Below, one piece after another: positions 1 through 12,339 of a stretch of 64,000 nt of DNA. The stretch lies in the NCBI GenBank assembly GCA_043228905.1, contig JBHGNT010000004.1, forward strand, positions 14,508,001 to 14,572,000, in the 5' to 3' direction. The position numbers and the translations under genes are program-made. Positions within the stretch are counted from its first letter, which is position 1. Each line of letters starts with the position of its first letter. The stretch is from Azolla caroliniana (taxonomy: Eukaryota; Plantae; Polypodiophyta). The notes beneath the pieces are model-generated. The model was not told where the DNA came from. It saw only the letters and a list, made by a program, of their open reading frames with translations, and made no database searches.

Positions 1-2211
1 ACATCCTGTGGCTTTCCACTCACGCAAGTTTGACGCAGCCGAAATCAACTATGAAATTCATGATAAGAGCTATTAGCAATAGTGGACTCTTTTACACAAT
101 GGAGGCATTTTCTAGAGGGATCCTCTCATCAAGTCACCGTATTCAGTGACCACAAGAACCTTGCCTACTTTCAAGACGCTAGTGTGTTAAATCGACGTCA
201 AGCTCGGTGGGCCCAATTCCTCACACGTTTCAACTTCAAAATGACATATCTTCCAGGGAAGCACCAAGGGAAGGTAGATGCATTATCACGACATTCGTAT
301 CTAGCACCGCGTCCCGGCGAGCCAACTTTCAATAACTAAAAACAAGTAATCTTGGGTCCAGCACGACTGCAAGCAACATAGGTTTTTGGCATGCCCGTGG
401 ATTCCCACGTTATCGATACCATACGTGAGGACTTGAAGACAGATGCTTTTGCCCAAGCCATTCTAGCACAAATTGATCCCTCTCGAGCATCTTGTTCACA
501 GTCGCAACAACCAGGTACGGACTATCGACAATTCAAATACCATGATGGATTACTATTCTTTAGAAAACTCTTGTATGTTCCTAATGGTTCTTGCCGCCTT
601 CGAGTAGTCCAAAATTGTCATGACACATATACAGCTGGGCATTTTGGTAGTACGAAGACATTAGACTTAGTACAATGATCATTCTGATAGCCCCGTATGC
701 GGCAATTTGTCGAAGATTTTGTTCGGACTTGTGATACATGTTGCAGAGCGAAAATGCCAAGGCATCATCCATATGGTTTATTAGAACCATTCCCAATTCC
801 AAGCAAGCCGTGGCAATCCATTGCTCTAGATTTCATCACAGACCTTCCAATCTCGAAGGGATTTAATGCGATTGTAACAGTAGTAGATCGATATACGAAG
901 ATGGCTCATTTCTTGCCATGTACTAAGATAATCTCTAGTGAAGAAACCACCGAAATTGTCATACGTGAAGTATGTCGGCATCATGGCCTTCCCGATAATA
1001 TCATCAGCGACCGTGGACCCCAGTTCGTCTCGAAATTCTGGAAGCACCTTTTTAAAATGCTTAAGGTCACTTGTAACCTCTCCTTCAGCTACCACCCACA
1101 AACAGATGGTCAAGCAGAATGAACAAATCAAACGTTGGAGCAGTATCTTCGGTGCTTTCTAAGCTATCATTAGGATGATTGGGCGGATATTCTCCACTTC
1201 GCCGAATTTGCCTATAATAACTCTGGCCACGCATCGACTAAAGTTATGCCATTTTATGCTTATGCGGGTTGTCACCCCCGGTGGTGTGTATTTGAAACAC
1301 CAGAGTTACCTACAAATCCTTGTGCAGAGGATCGTTTGGAGCGGTTACGCAAGATACAAGCAGATTTATCTACTCATCTCTAGCAAGCTCAACAAACACA
1401 CAAGGTTTACGCGGATCGTCATCGGCTTCCATCTAGTTTTAACGTCGGAGATCGGGTATGACTACTACGACGACACATCAAGACTACTCGCCCATGTGAG
1501 AAGTTGGATTATCGGCGATTAGGTCCTTTCCATATTATTGGAAAGATTAATGATGTCGCTTTTTGTCTCGATCTATCTCCGCAACTTCGGATACATCCGG
1601 TGTTTCATAGTTCTCTCCTCGAACCCTATCAAGACAACACCATCCTAGGATGTATTACACAACCTCCACCCCCGATCGAACTTGAAGATGGACCTAAGTA
1701 CAAGGTTGTTGCCATCCTCGATTCCAAGATTGTTCGCAACAAGCTATACTATCTAGTTGATTGGCTAGGATATAGTCCCAACAAGCGTACTTGGGAACCG
1801 ATAGAGAATGTGATCGATGCTCGTGCTCTTCTTGAAGACTTCCATCGTCAATATCCAGACAAACCGGGTCCTCAATCCAAAACGATTTGTGACACTCATC
1901 GTTTTAAAGGGGGGATAGTGTCATGATAGGTTACATAGGTCGAGCACTTGACCATTATACCATCTATTGTAATACATAGCATATTATTTTCATTTAAGTT
2001 TTATTATAGAAAATTGATGTATATTCCAGATATCTCTGGAACATTCTAGAAACTTCAAGAGTATTCCTGAGAATACTATAAAAGGAGGCACAAGGCATTA
2101 TTTCGAACCAAATCGGTTCAACGCCAGTCTTAAGCCTCCTAGCTACTATTGTATACTCTCTTCACATAATATATATCTTTTATCATCATCACCGATGACT
2201 CGGATATCACA
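1..2211 (+). mobile_element. 3' part of a degenerate Ty3/Gypsy chromovirus (Tcn1-like): RNase H, integrase, chromodomain, PPT and 3' LTR (1919-2211)
   Basis: RNase H motifs (NYEIHDKELLAI, SDHKNL); integrase (HDTYTAGHFG, C-x2-C, DFITDLP, IISDRGPQF, YHPQTDGQAE); chromodomain (ILDSKIVRNKLYYLVDWLGYSPNKRTWEP); PPT aaaggggggatag followed by TG...CA LTR; several in-frame stops. Confidence 0.9.
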
Positions 2212-3781
2212 CTTCTTGTTGAAACATGGGAGCAAATACTCAAAGGATTGAAGGTTTAGGAAACTATAATGTACACTCTTTGATATGGAAGAAAAATCCA
2301 AGACAAAGAAGAGGACAAGGAGGGGTGGCATGTTTGATTAAGAAGGAAATGGAGAAATATGTGTCAATCATAAAAAATGATGAACATGAATGCTACATAT
2401 GGCTCAAAATAGAAACACCTAATGATTTGCCCACTTTTGTAGTTGAATGTTACATTCCTCATCAAGATTCTAACTTTTATGCTTGTTTGGATAAAGATAA
2501 ACCATTTTCCAATCTAGAAGATGATATTGCTTATTTCAAATCCAAAGGGGAAATTATTGTCTTTGGTGACGCCAATGCTCGTAGATGAAGTTTCCAACTT
2601 GATTCACAAGATTCTTTCATGCCACATATCTCAAGGATGCAAGAGGATATGCAAATGTATAGCCGCTCTTCTAGCGATGAAAAAGATCCGGACCAATTTG
2701 GTAAGTTACTCCTACAAATGTGCAATAGTACTGGATTGCTTATTGCAAATGCTATTTCGTTATGGCCCAACACTAATAGTTTTCCATGTAGAAAACACAA
2801 CGGAAATAGTGTGATTGACTATGTGCTACTTTCCGAAGTTATTTTGGATCGTATACATAAATTCTCACTTGGTGAATGGACACTGGAATCCGATCATAGG
2901 CCTTTATGTATTGATCTCAAATGTATGCATAGGTTTGATTTTGAGAAGGCTATTGAAGATAATAACAACCGCACTTGAGCATGAACCTTAAGCGAGCACC
3001 CATGTATTCCAAGATGGTAGAGGATACGTTAAAAATGACAAAGATACAACATGGTGCCACACTAGAATGCAAATGGGAAGCTTTCAAGAAAGTCATTCTC
3101 TCCTGTACAAACAAATGTTTTTCGACCAACCACACATCTTGGAAATGCACCAAGAAACTTAGGAAAACATGGTTTGATAAAGAATGTCGTGAAGCTCGAA
3201 AGTGCCTTATGGTTTTGGATGTAGTTAAGGATAAAGAGAATGTTGAGAATCAAGCTCAACTTGGTCTAGTGTGTGAACTCACCTTGAGAGTGAATAGACA
3301 CTCCAACGGTTAAGAGTCACCACTATGTCACCACTTTGTATTCTAGCATTTAGTATGAGTCATAGCATCATATTCTATGACACATAACTTATGAGCTTTC
3401 ACATTCCCCATGCTCCATGAGTCTTGTAGTTAATGAAGAGAGAGGGTGACTATATAAAACACCCTCCTCCCACTTTGTATAATGTTGAGTCTTTCTCCTT
3501 TTGTCAATATACTTTTACCTTGCGTATTCTTTGTGTTTCACTCACTCTCACTCTCTCTCTTACACACACACATAACTCACATCTCTTCCGCTTCACAAGA
3601 ATCCATCTCTTGATTCTTTACATGGTATCAGAGCGATTTGGTAGCTCAATCTAGCCCATTCACCTCATCGTGATCGCGTGTTGTGCTCTACGCCGACAAC
3701 CAAGAACCGGCTCATAGCTATCGTAGCTTCGCTACATAGCTCGCATTCGAAGAGAGAAGAAGAAGAAGAAGAATCGACATA

Positions 3782-6700
3782 ATGAATACTCAAATGGGGA
3801 GCGCTCTCCCTAACGAGAAGTTGGATCTAAAAAACTTCGCATCTTGGGAGTACAAGATGCATCAATACCTTGTCGGACAAGGCTATTGGAGCTACATCAA
3901 AGGAGTGCATGAAGACCGACCCGCCGAAGTGGCTCCCGGATACGCGACATGGGAGCAAGCCACAAGCCGCGTAATGTATTGTTTGGCGACATGTGTTCAC
4001 GACCACATCCTCAGTTACATTCGAGAAGCCAAGACGCCGAAGGAAGCGTGGGAAAATCTACGAAAGATTTTTGCCGCCAACACGACCGCGAGGAAGCTTC
4101 AACTCCGCCAAGAGTTGACAACATTCAACAAAGGGACATGTCCATCACGACATACACCTTGAAGATCAAGGAGCTTTGCGACTCGCTCGGCTCAATAAGC
4201 GTAAGTATAGATGATGATGAGATGGTGCAAATATGCCTCGGCGGCCTCGCACCACGGTTCAGCGCGATGCGAACCGCCGTTCTAGCAGGGGAGAGATCTC
4301 CCTCCTTCTTTGAGCTCCAATCAATGCTATTGGTCGAAGAAAACCACGTGCGTACAAGGAGCAATGAGTCGGAAAGCCACATGCTCTACACGCACTCTAA
4401 TGGAGGAAGAGGACACGGATGAGCAAGAGGCCGATTCGGCCAAGGACAAGGCGGACGAGGTCCGACCTACGACAACAACTCCCAATTTCGGCCACAAAAC
4501 GGAAGCCAACGAGGAACCTTCGCAAGAAGGGGGAGCTTTCACTCCGGCCCGAGATGTCAAAACGCAACCGAATGCGGATATTGTGGAAAGCTCGGCCACC
4601 ACGAAGAAGAGTGCCAAAAGAAGATGCGTGAATCGGCTTCCACAAGCTGACAACTCATGAATTACGCGCACAATTCCGACTACGAAGAGTATAGCGGAAT
4701 GTACGGGCACAACTCCGACTACGAAGATCGTGGCGGAATGTATGCACACAACTTCGACCGTGGCGGAATGTACGGGCACAACTCCGACTACGAAGATCGT
4801 AGCGGAATGCATGTACACAACTTCGACTGTGGCGGAATGTTCATGATGGAACATAGAGCAAACTCTATGTCGGCCACTACCTCAACTAGTTCCTCCAGCC
4901 CGGAAGACGTATGGTTCGTAGATTCCGGTGCCTCGAACCATATGACATCGCATCAAGAATGGTTTCGAGAACTTCGAGAGCTGGACCGACCCGGCTATGT
5001 CGAAACCGGAGACGACACTACGCACCCAATTCGGCACATCGGCAATGTTCCGTTCGGAAAAGAAGGTAAGCAAAATTACATTAAAAATGTCTTGCATGTA
5101 CCGACCATTACGAAGAATTTGGTCTTCGTCGGCCAAATTGTAGAGCAAGCGATGCAAGTTCGATTTAATCAAGGCGGTTGCTTCATCGAAAAAGAAGGCC
5201 GACTCATCGCACGCGGACGAAGAGACGACCAGATGTTCATTCTCGATTCACTCGAGATGAAATCCGCCATGTTTGCGAAAAGCACGAAAGCCGACTCCGA
5301 CATAGAGCTATGGCACAAGCGAATCGGCCACATCAATCTCAAAAAACTCAAAGCAATGAAATCAAAAGGAGTCGTCATCGGACTCCCGACATTCAAAGAG
5401 AAGGAGATTGAAGGTGTATGCGAAGCGTGCCAATTCGGCAAGCAACACCTACACCCATTCCCGAAAGAGCGGAGCGTGAGCAAAGGTCTACTCGACTTAG
5501 TCCATTCCGACTTATGGGGACCAGCACAGACGGCTACATTCGGCGGATGCCGATATTATGTGGTCTTCATCGACGACTTCTCTAGGCACACTTGGATCTA
5601 CCCGATGCGGCAAAAGAGCGAAGTGTTCGGACACTTCCAAAATTTCAAGAATGAAGTCGAGAAAGCCACGGGCCGACATGTACGATGCATTCGATCAAAT
5701 GGCGGCAAGGAGTACTTCTCGGACGATTTCCCGGCGTACCTCTGAAAGGAAGGAATTCGGCGAGAATTCACTTGCCGACACACTCCGCAACAAAACGGAG
5801 TAGCCGAGCGCAAAAATCGGCACATCCTCGAAGTAGCGCGGGCCATGATGAACGAGAAGCATATGCCCAAGTCATATTGGGCCAAAGTTGCAAATACGGC
5901 CGTCTACTGAATGAACCGGTGCACAACATCCGGCGTGCACGAGGTCACTCCGCACGAAAACTACTTCGGAAGGAAGCTGGATTTATCGCACATCCGGATA
6001 TTCGGCGCGATAGCGTACGTGCCCATCCCCGACGAGAAGCGTCAAAACCTTGACCCAAAGTCGGAGAAATGTATCCTCATAGGATACTCACTGGAGCAAA
6101 AGGGGTACAAGTGCTACAACCCCCAACTCGAAAATCTCGAGTAAGTCGAGACGTCGTTTTTGACGAGTCCGCATCCTGGTACGCACCAGAGACAACTTCG
6201 CCTCCGCTCGACCCGGAATTTGCCGAATAAGAGATCGAGGATGAAGATCGCCATACGCGCATGATCGAAGAAAGTCCGATCACAACCTGACTGAGCGGAC
6301 CACAAGAGCCTTTGAGCGATCAAAGCACATCACGGCCTAGCCGGAAGATGGACAAAGGCAAGGCAAAAATGGCGGAATATGAAGACAATCGCTTCGACAA
6401 CGATGAATCGACTCACTCACTCGACAGTGAGTTCGACGGCTTTGATGTACCAATCGAAGCTAAGAAAGCCCTCATCTCTGCAAATGAAAAGCTCCGCCGA
6501 TCCACTCGTGAAAAGAACCCCGTAAGCCGATTCGGCTACAACGATTATATGGCGTACCATTACGCCTTTATGATGAAGGTAGCGACAGTATGGGAGCCGG
6601 AAACCTTTTCGGAAACCGCGAAGGACCCACCATGGATCGAAGCAATGAACGAAGAGATGTAGGCACTACCGAAGAACGAGACTTGGGATCTCGTTCCCAC

Positions 6701-8159
6701 CTCACCACACAAAAAGGCGATCGGATGCAGATGGATCCACAAGGTGAAGTATAACGCCGATGGCTCCGTAAACCGCTACAAAGCTCGACTCGTAGCGAAA
6801 GGATACGCTTAGACGCATGGCGTCGACTACGAAGAGACGTTTGCCCCAGTGGCAAAGATAACGACGGTGCGGACCGTAATTGCGATTGCCGCGGTGAAAG
6901 GGTGACACCTCCATCAAGTGGACATCAAGAACGCCTTTCTACAAGGCGAATTAGAAGAGGAGGTGTACATGATCCAACCAACCGGCTTCAACTCGAGCAC
7001 CCATCCAAAAGTTGTTTGCCGACTCAAGAAGCCATTCTACGGCCTCAAGCAAGCACCGCGTGCTTGCCATTCGAAGATAACGCAATATCTTCATCAAATC
7101 AGCTTCCGTATGTCAAAATCGGACAACTCCCTCTACATACGAAGCGATTCCGCAAGTCCTATCGTCATCATTTTATATGTGGATGACCTAGTCATTGGAG
7201 GTGAGCATCTCGTCGAAATCACTAAGGTCAAATCCCTCCTTTCCGACAAGTTCGAGATGATGGACATGAAGGAGCTCCACTACCTCGGCATCGAGGTAAT
7301 TCGGACTCCGGCCGGAGTCATGATCTCTCAACGACACTACATCCTCAACTTGTTATACAAGTTCGGGATGGCTGAGTGCAAATCTGTGGCAACCCCGCTC
7401 GATCGTAATCTCAAACTAGATGCGAACTCTGGCACCAAAGCGTGTGAGCCGACTCAGTATCGGCAACTCATCGGGAGTCTCATCTACCTCACGATCACTC
7501 GACCCGATCTCAGTTATCCGGTCGGTCTCCTTAGCCAATTCATGCAAACACCGCGTGATACTCACTTGGATTATGCTAAGCGAGTTCTACAATATGTGAG
7601 CGGCACAATGGATTGCGGCATCTTCTACAAGACCGCGATGCCAATACGACTCGAGGGGTACACATATGCTGATTGGGCCGGCTACAAAGCCGATAGAAGA
7701 TCAACCTCCGTATTTGTTTTCTTCCTCGGCAGCGGAGCAATATCCTGGAGTAGCAAGAAGCAGCCTACCGTCGCTCTTTCGAGTACGGAGGCGGAATATA
7801 GGGGCGCAGTCGTAGCTGCATGTGAAGCCGTATGGCTTAAGAGGATTTTGAAGGATTTGGGCGTTCCCATCAAGGATCCGACTCCCCTTTACTGCGACAA
7901 CATGAGTAGTATTTATCTGGCTCGGAACCCGGTGTTCCACACGCGGACAAAGCACATCGAAGTGCATTATCACTTCATCCGAGAGTGCGTTCTAGCTAGC
8001 GATGTCGACCTACAACACATTAGCACAAATCTTCAAACGGCCGACATCTTCACTAAAGCCTTAGGAGCCGACAAGTTGTGGCAATTCATGACCGATCTCG
8101 GATTGACGATCCCTGACTTGCCAAGCTTCAGGGGGAGTCCTGAAGATATTATGCAATAA
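3782..8159 (+). pseudogene. Copia gag-pol polyprotein, disrupted by stops and frameshifts
   Basis: ORF pieces 3782-4162, 3949-4422, 4657-5745, 5911-6144, 6312-6662 and 6918-8159 give the gag-PR-INT-RT-RH order. Confidence 0.93.
4669..4840 (+). repeat. In-frame tandem repeat (39/30-bp units, about 5 copies) in the Copia gag-protease linker
   Basis: Repeated cacaactccgactacgaagatcgtggcggaatgt encoding HNSDYEDRGGMY and HNFDRGGMY. Confidence 0.9.
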
Positions 8160-11100
8160 CGCGTGGATTATGCAACCACACAACGAAGCCGTGAAGAGCC
8201 GATCTACCGTGCAAAGCCGCGAAGAAAGACGCAAGCCAAAGCACAGACTTCGCAACTACGCACAACGCAAGCTGGAGCATGGATTCCGCAACTCTGCATA
8301 ATACGAGTCGACGCGGACTTCGGAACGCGAGTCGAAGCGGATTTCGGATACCGTTTGAAACCGACCCGACTTGAGCTTGAGGGGGCGTGTTGAGAATCAA
8401 GCTCAACTTGGTCTAGTGTGTGAACTCACCTTGAGAGTGAATAGACACTCCAACGGTCAAGAGTCGCCACTATGTCACCACTTTGTATTCTAGCATTTAG
8501 TATGAGTCATAGAATCATATTCTATGACACATAACTTATGAGCTTTCACATTCCCCATGCTCCATGAGTCTTGTAGTTAATGAAGAGAGAGGGTGACTAT
8601 ATAAAGCACCCTCCTCCCACTTTGTATAATGTTGAGTCTTTCTCCTTTTGTCAATATACTTCTACCTTGCGTATTCTCTGTGTTTCACTCTCTCTCTCTC
8701 TCTCTCTCTCTTACACACAGACATAACTCAAATCTCTTCCACTTCACAAGAATCCATCTGTTGATTCTTTACAGAGAATTACCAAAAGCATTTGCATGAG
8801 TATAAAAGGCTTATTCATAGAAAGAGAAGAATATGGGAAGTTACTCAACAATTTATCCCAACACAGGAGAAAGCACATGCATGTGCTAAATTTTGGGGAA
8901 ATCTAAAGGGGAAACGTGTTGAGAGTTATGGTGACTTAACTCTTCACGACTTGTCTATGCATTGTAAGAATTTATATGAGTTATCTATTGCCGGAAAGAT
9001 TATGTGTTATGGTTCTCTTTCACATATGCCTCCCTTCTTTACAATTGAAGATATATGCATAGGACTTAAGAAATTGGCCTCTCGAAAGGCAAGCGATCTT
9101 CAATGTATAAAGGTTGAAATGCTCAAATGGACGGGAAAGGTAGCACATATATGGATAAGCGATATGTTTAATGATGCATTGCAACATGGTATGTTGTATG
9201 ATTAGACTATAAATTGCATCAAACCTTTACATAAAGGCGGAGATATAAATAATGTAAACAACTATCGAACCATCATGGTTGGCTCATTAATGGCAAAACT
9301 ATTTGGATGTATAATGGAATCAAAGATAAGTGTATGGGCTAAAAAAAATGGTAAGAGAGCTTATGGACAAGCTGGCTTTCGGAAACACCATAGCACCATT
9401 GATCACCTGATCACCCTTCGAGTATTAATGGAGGAAAGTCGCCTTAGAGGTAAAGGTTTATATTGTTGCTTTGTAGACTTCAAGAAAGCTTTTGCTATGG
9501 TACCTCGTGAGCATCTTTGGAGGCGAATGGAAGAACTTGAGGTGCCAAGTGAATATATGCTTGCAATTTCCCGAATTTATGAGAAGGTTATATGTTGTGT
9601 GCGCATGAGAGATAAACTTTCAGATTTTTTCAAAAGCACTATTGGTGTTAAGCAAGGATGCCCACTCTCACCAACACTATTTGGTCTATGCATTGATGAA
9701 TTGGAAGAAATGGTTACCAAGTTTGCAGAGGAAGAATGTGTTGAAGAAGTTGCCATTGGGAATATTGTGATTATGCTTTTGCTATATGCAGATGATGTAG
9801 TGCTTTTTGCAAATACTTTAGGAGATGCACAAAAGCTTATGAAGGCATTGGAAATTTTTTGCTGCATACTAAATTAAGTGTGAATAGCTCTAAAACAAAG
9901 ATTATGCTTGGGAAGAGCCAAAAAAGATATAAATCATGCATTATGTACAACAATGAGCCACTTGAATGTGTGGAAAGCTTCAAATATCTTGGCCTTGAAG
10001 TTCCTTCAAATCATAGATGGAATGAATGTGCTACACGCCGCTTATAGGCGGGTAAGCGAGCATACTATGCATTTGAGAACACATGCAATCTTGGAGATAT
10101 TAAGTGTTGGGTCCTCAAGAAATATCTTTTTGACACTTTGGTGACACTGGTTCTTCTCTATGGGGTGGAAGTATGGGGCAGTAGCATCCCTAAATCTATG
10201 TGGAAAGAGTTTGAAAATGTCCAAAAACATTTTCTTACAAAGTTTCTACAAGTTAAGAAACAAACGCCCTACACCCTCCTCCTTGAGACGGGATCGCTTC
10301 CCATTGAGATCATGGCCATGGAAAGGATTGTTGAATACATGCTTAAGGTTCAAAAAAGTCCCTCACATCGACTTCCTAGAATTGCGTGGGAAGCAAGCAA
10401 AAAGATCCAAAAGACACATAAAAGCAAAATTTTGTGTTTCGGTTGGATGCAAGATATAGAAAAATGGTTTGGTAGATGGGATGCGAGACACTTGCTTCAT
10501 GATGCATCATTAGATTCCTCTGTAAATGAGGCCTTCTTGCAACGCCAATGTATCATGACATGGGACAAATGTGGAGGCTCACACTTCACACATTATACTA
10601 CACATGTTGCACCTAACTACAAAACCGTATTATTTGCGGAACGGGGAAATTGTACACATCGACACATGTTAGAGTCCATACCGTTATTTGTCATTCGAAC
10701 CATTGCTTCCATGTGACTTAGCTCACATGCATTGCGATGTGAAACAAGGCGTTGGGGCACAAGTGATGAGAGTGGTCGACTATGCACACTTTGCCCTAAA
10801 CAAATTCGCGAGTCTGAGTATCACACTTTGATACAATGCTCTGCCTTTGATCATATTAGACCATGCTCTCCACATCTCTTCGATCGAGCCCAATCTTTGC
10901 ATGAATTCCTCTCACAACCACAATGTGCACTCTCGATTGCAACATTCATTGGTAAAGTTCTTGAACATCGAGAGTCACTACTCACTTTCACACGTATCAC
11001 GTGAAATGTATATTTTTTTGGTCTCATAGGTCATATTTGACCTCCGAAGAAGATAATATAATCTATCTATCTATCTATCTCTCGCTCACTCTTTCCTTCT

Positions 11101-11184
11101 CTCGAGAGTTCTACACCTCTCTTAGTACTAATCCACATCTTTTAGTACTAATTCCTTCTCTGTCTTAGTACTGATCCTGACACT

Positions 11185-12280
11185 ATCTAAAAGTGAGGCC
11201 TAGTATCGAAGGGTAGCTATCGGTATGTGCGAAGCCATTTGGTTCACAAGGCTGTTGAAGGATTTGCATGTAGAGGTGTCCGAGCCGACAATGATATTCT
11301 GTGACAACCTCAGTAGCATCCAACTCGTGAAGAACCCTATCTTCCACGTGGACAAGGCACATCGAGGTGCACTATCATTTCTTCTACGAGCGAGTCCTCT
11401 TTGGTGAAGTCAAACTTATTTATGTTCCGACTGATCGGCAGGTTGCTGATGTTTTCACCAAACCTCTCGACTTAGACAAGTTGCAACATTTTTCGAGTAT
11501 ACTTGGCTTACAAAATCTCAACATGCCGAACTTGAGGGGGAGGAGTGAAGAGTCAGCTGGAGAAGCCAAGGATGTGTGGACAAATGAAGGAAGAGCAGCT
11601 AAGCAGAGACTAGCCAGATGCAGGGGGAGCGGCCGCAAGAGAGAGCCAAAGCCAGAGCCAACCGAACCAAGGAGAGAAAAAGCCGAGAGGAGGCAAAGTT
11701 GCAGAGGACAGAGCCGACCAAGAGAAGGCGAACCCCAAGACATGAGCAGATGTGGTCAAGGTCCTAAAGGAGGATGATATGGAGATAGTCAATTCAGACA
11801 AGAGCTTGAACGAATCGGAACCAGCCGATTTAATTATGGAAGTTGATTCAGACGAGCCTAATTACATAGAGGCCAAGTGGAGAAGGAGGCAGCCAAAGCC
11901 GATGCCAACACGAAGGAGCCGATGGGTCGAGGGGCGCCAATACCACAACAACGAGGGAGCTGACTTGCACTAAAGCAGCAAATAAGCCAACCGTAGGGGT
12001 CGACGTGCCCAGAACCATATGAGTTGAGGAGTGACGAACCGAAGGGATCGTGGGAGGCAAGGCTAGACTGGACAAGGAGCACAAGCGAGGCATTGGGATG
12101 CTAGGAGAAGAGGCTGCAATGATGAACCAGCCAGAGCGGACACAGTGGGACCTCAAGTTGAGCTTGAGGGGGAGTGTTGAGAGACAAGCTCAATAGGGGC
12201 CGAATCGGCTGACGAAACCAAGAGTCGGGAGTTGAATCGAATAGAGTTCGATTTGGGTGTGCCGAGTCGAAAGGATTCCG
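11185..12280 (+). mobile_element. Copia 3' fragment (RNase H end, 3' extension, PPT, truncated 3' LTR from ~12176)
   Basis: CEAIW...CDNLSSIQL...HYHF...ADVFTKPL; ttgagcttgagggggag|tgttgagagacaagctcaa junction matches 40130-40165. Confidence 0.85.
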
Positions 12281-12339
12281 AAAGGTCGTTGAGGTCCTAT
12301 ATTCCTATTATAGTAAATAGGAATATTGTAGGCAGAATT

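Larger units (their letters stand above)
3241..8773 (+). mobile_element. Full-length but frameshifted Ty1/Copia LTR retrotransposon
   Basis: Near-identical LTRs 3241-3622 and 8388-8773 (TG...CA); 5-bp TSD GAGAA (3236-3240, 8774-8778); PBS tggtatcagagc (tRNA-iMet) at 3623; gag, CCHC knuckle, protease WFVDSGASNHM, integrase, RT ILYVDD, RNase H RTKHIEVHYHF. Confidence 0.97.
2212..11080 (+). mobile_element. Degenerate non-LTR retrotransposon (LINE, APE endonuclease + RT), split by a Copia insertion, with (ATCT)n tail
   Basis: APE motifs (GGVACLI, VFGDANAR, SVIDYVL, SDHRPL); RT motifs (QAGFRK, CFVDFKKAF, GVKQGCPLSPTLF, LLYADD); C-terminal CCHC (CTLC...HTLIQC); frame continues across the Copia TSD (KDKEN|YQKHLHEYKR); atct repeats at ~11061-11080. 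Confidence 0.9.
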
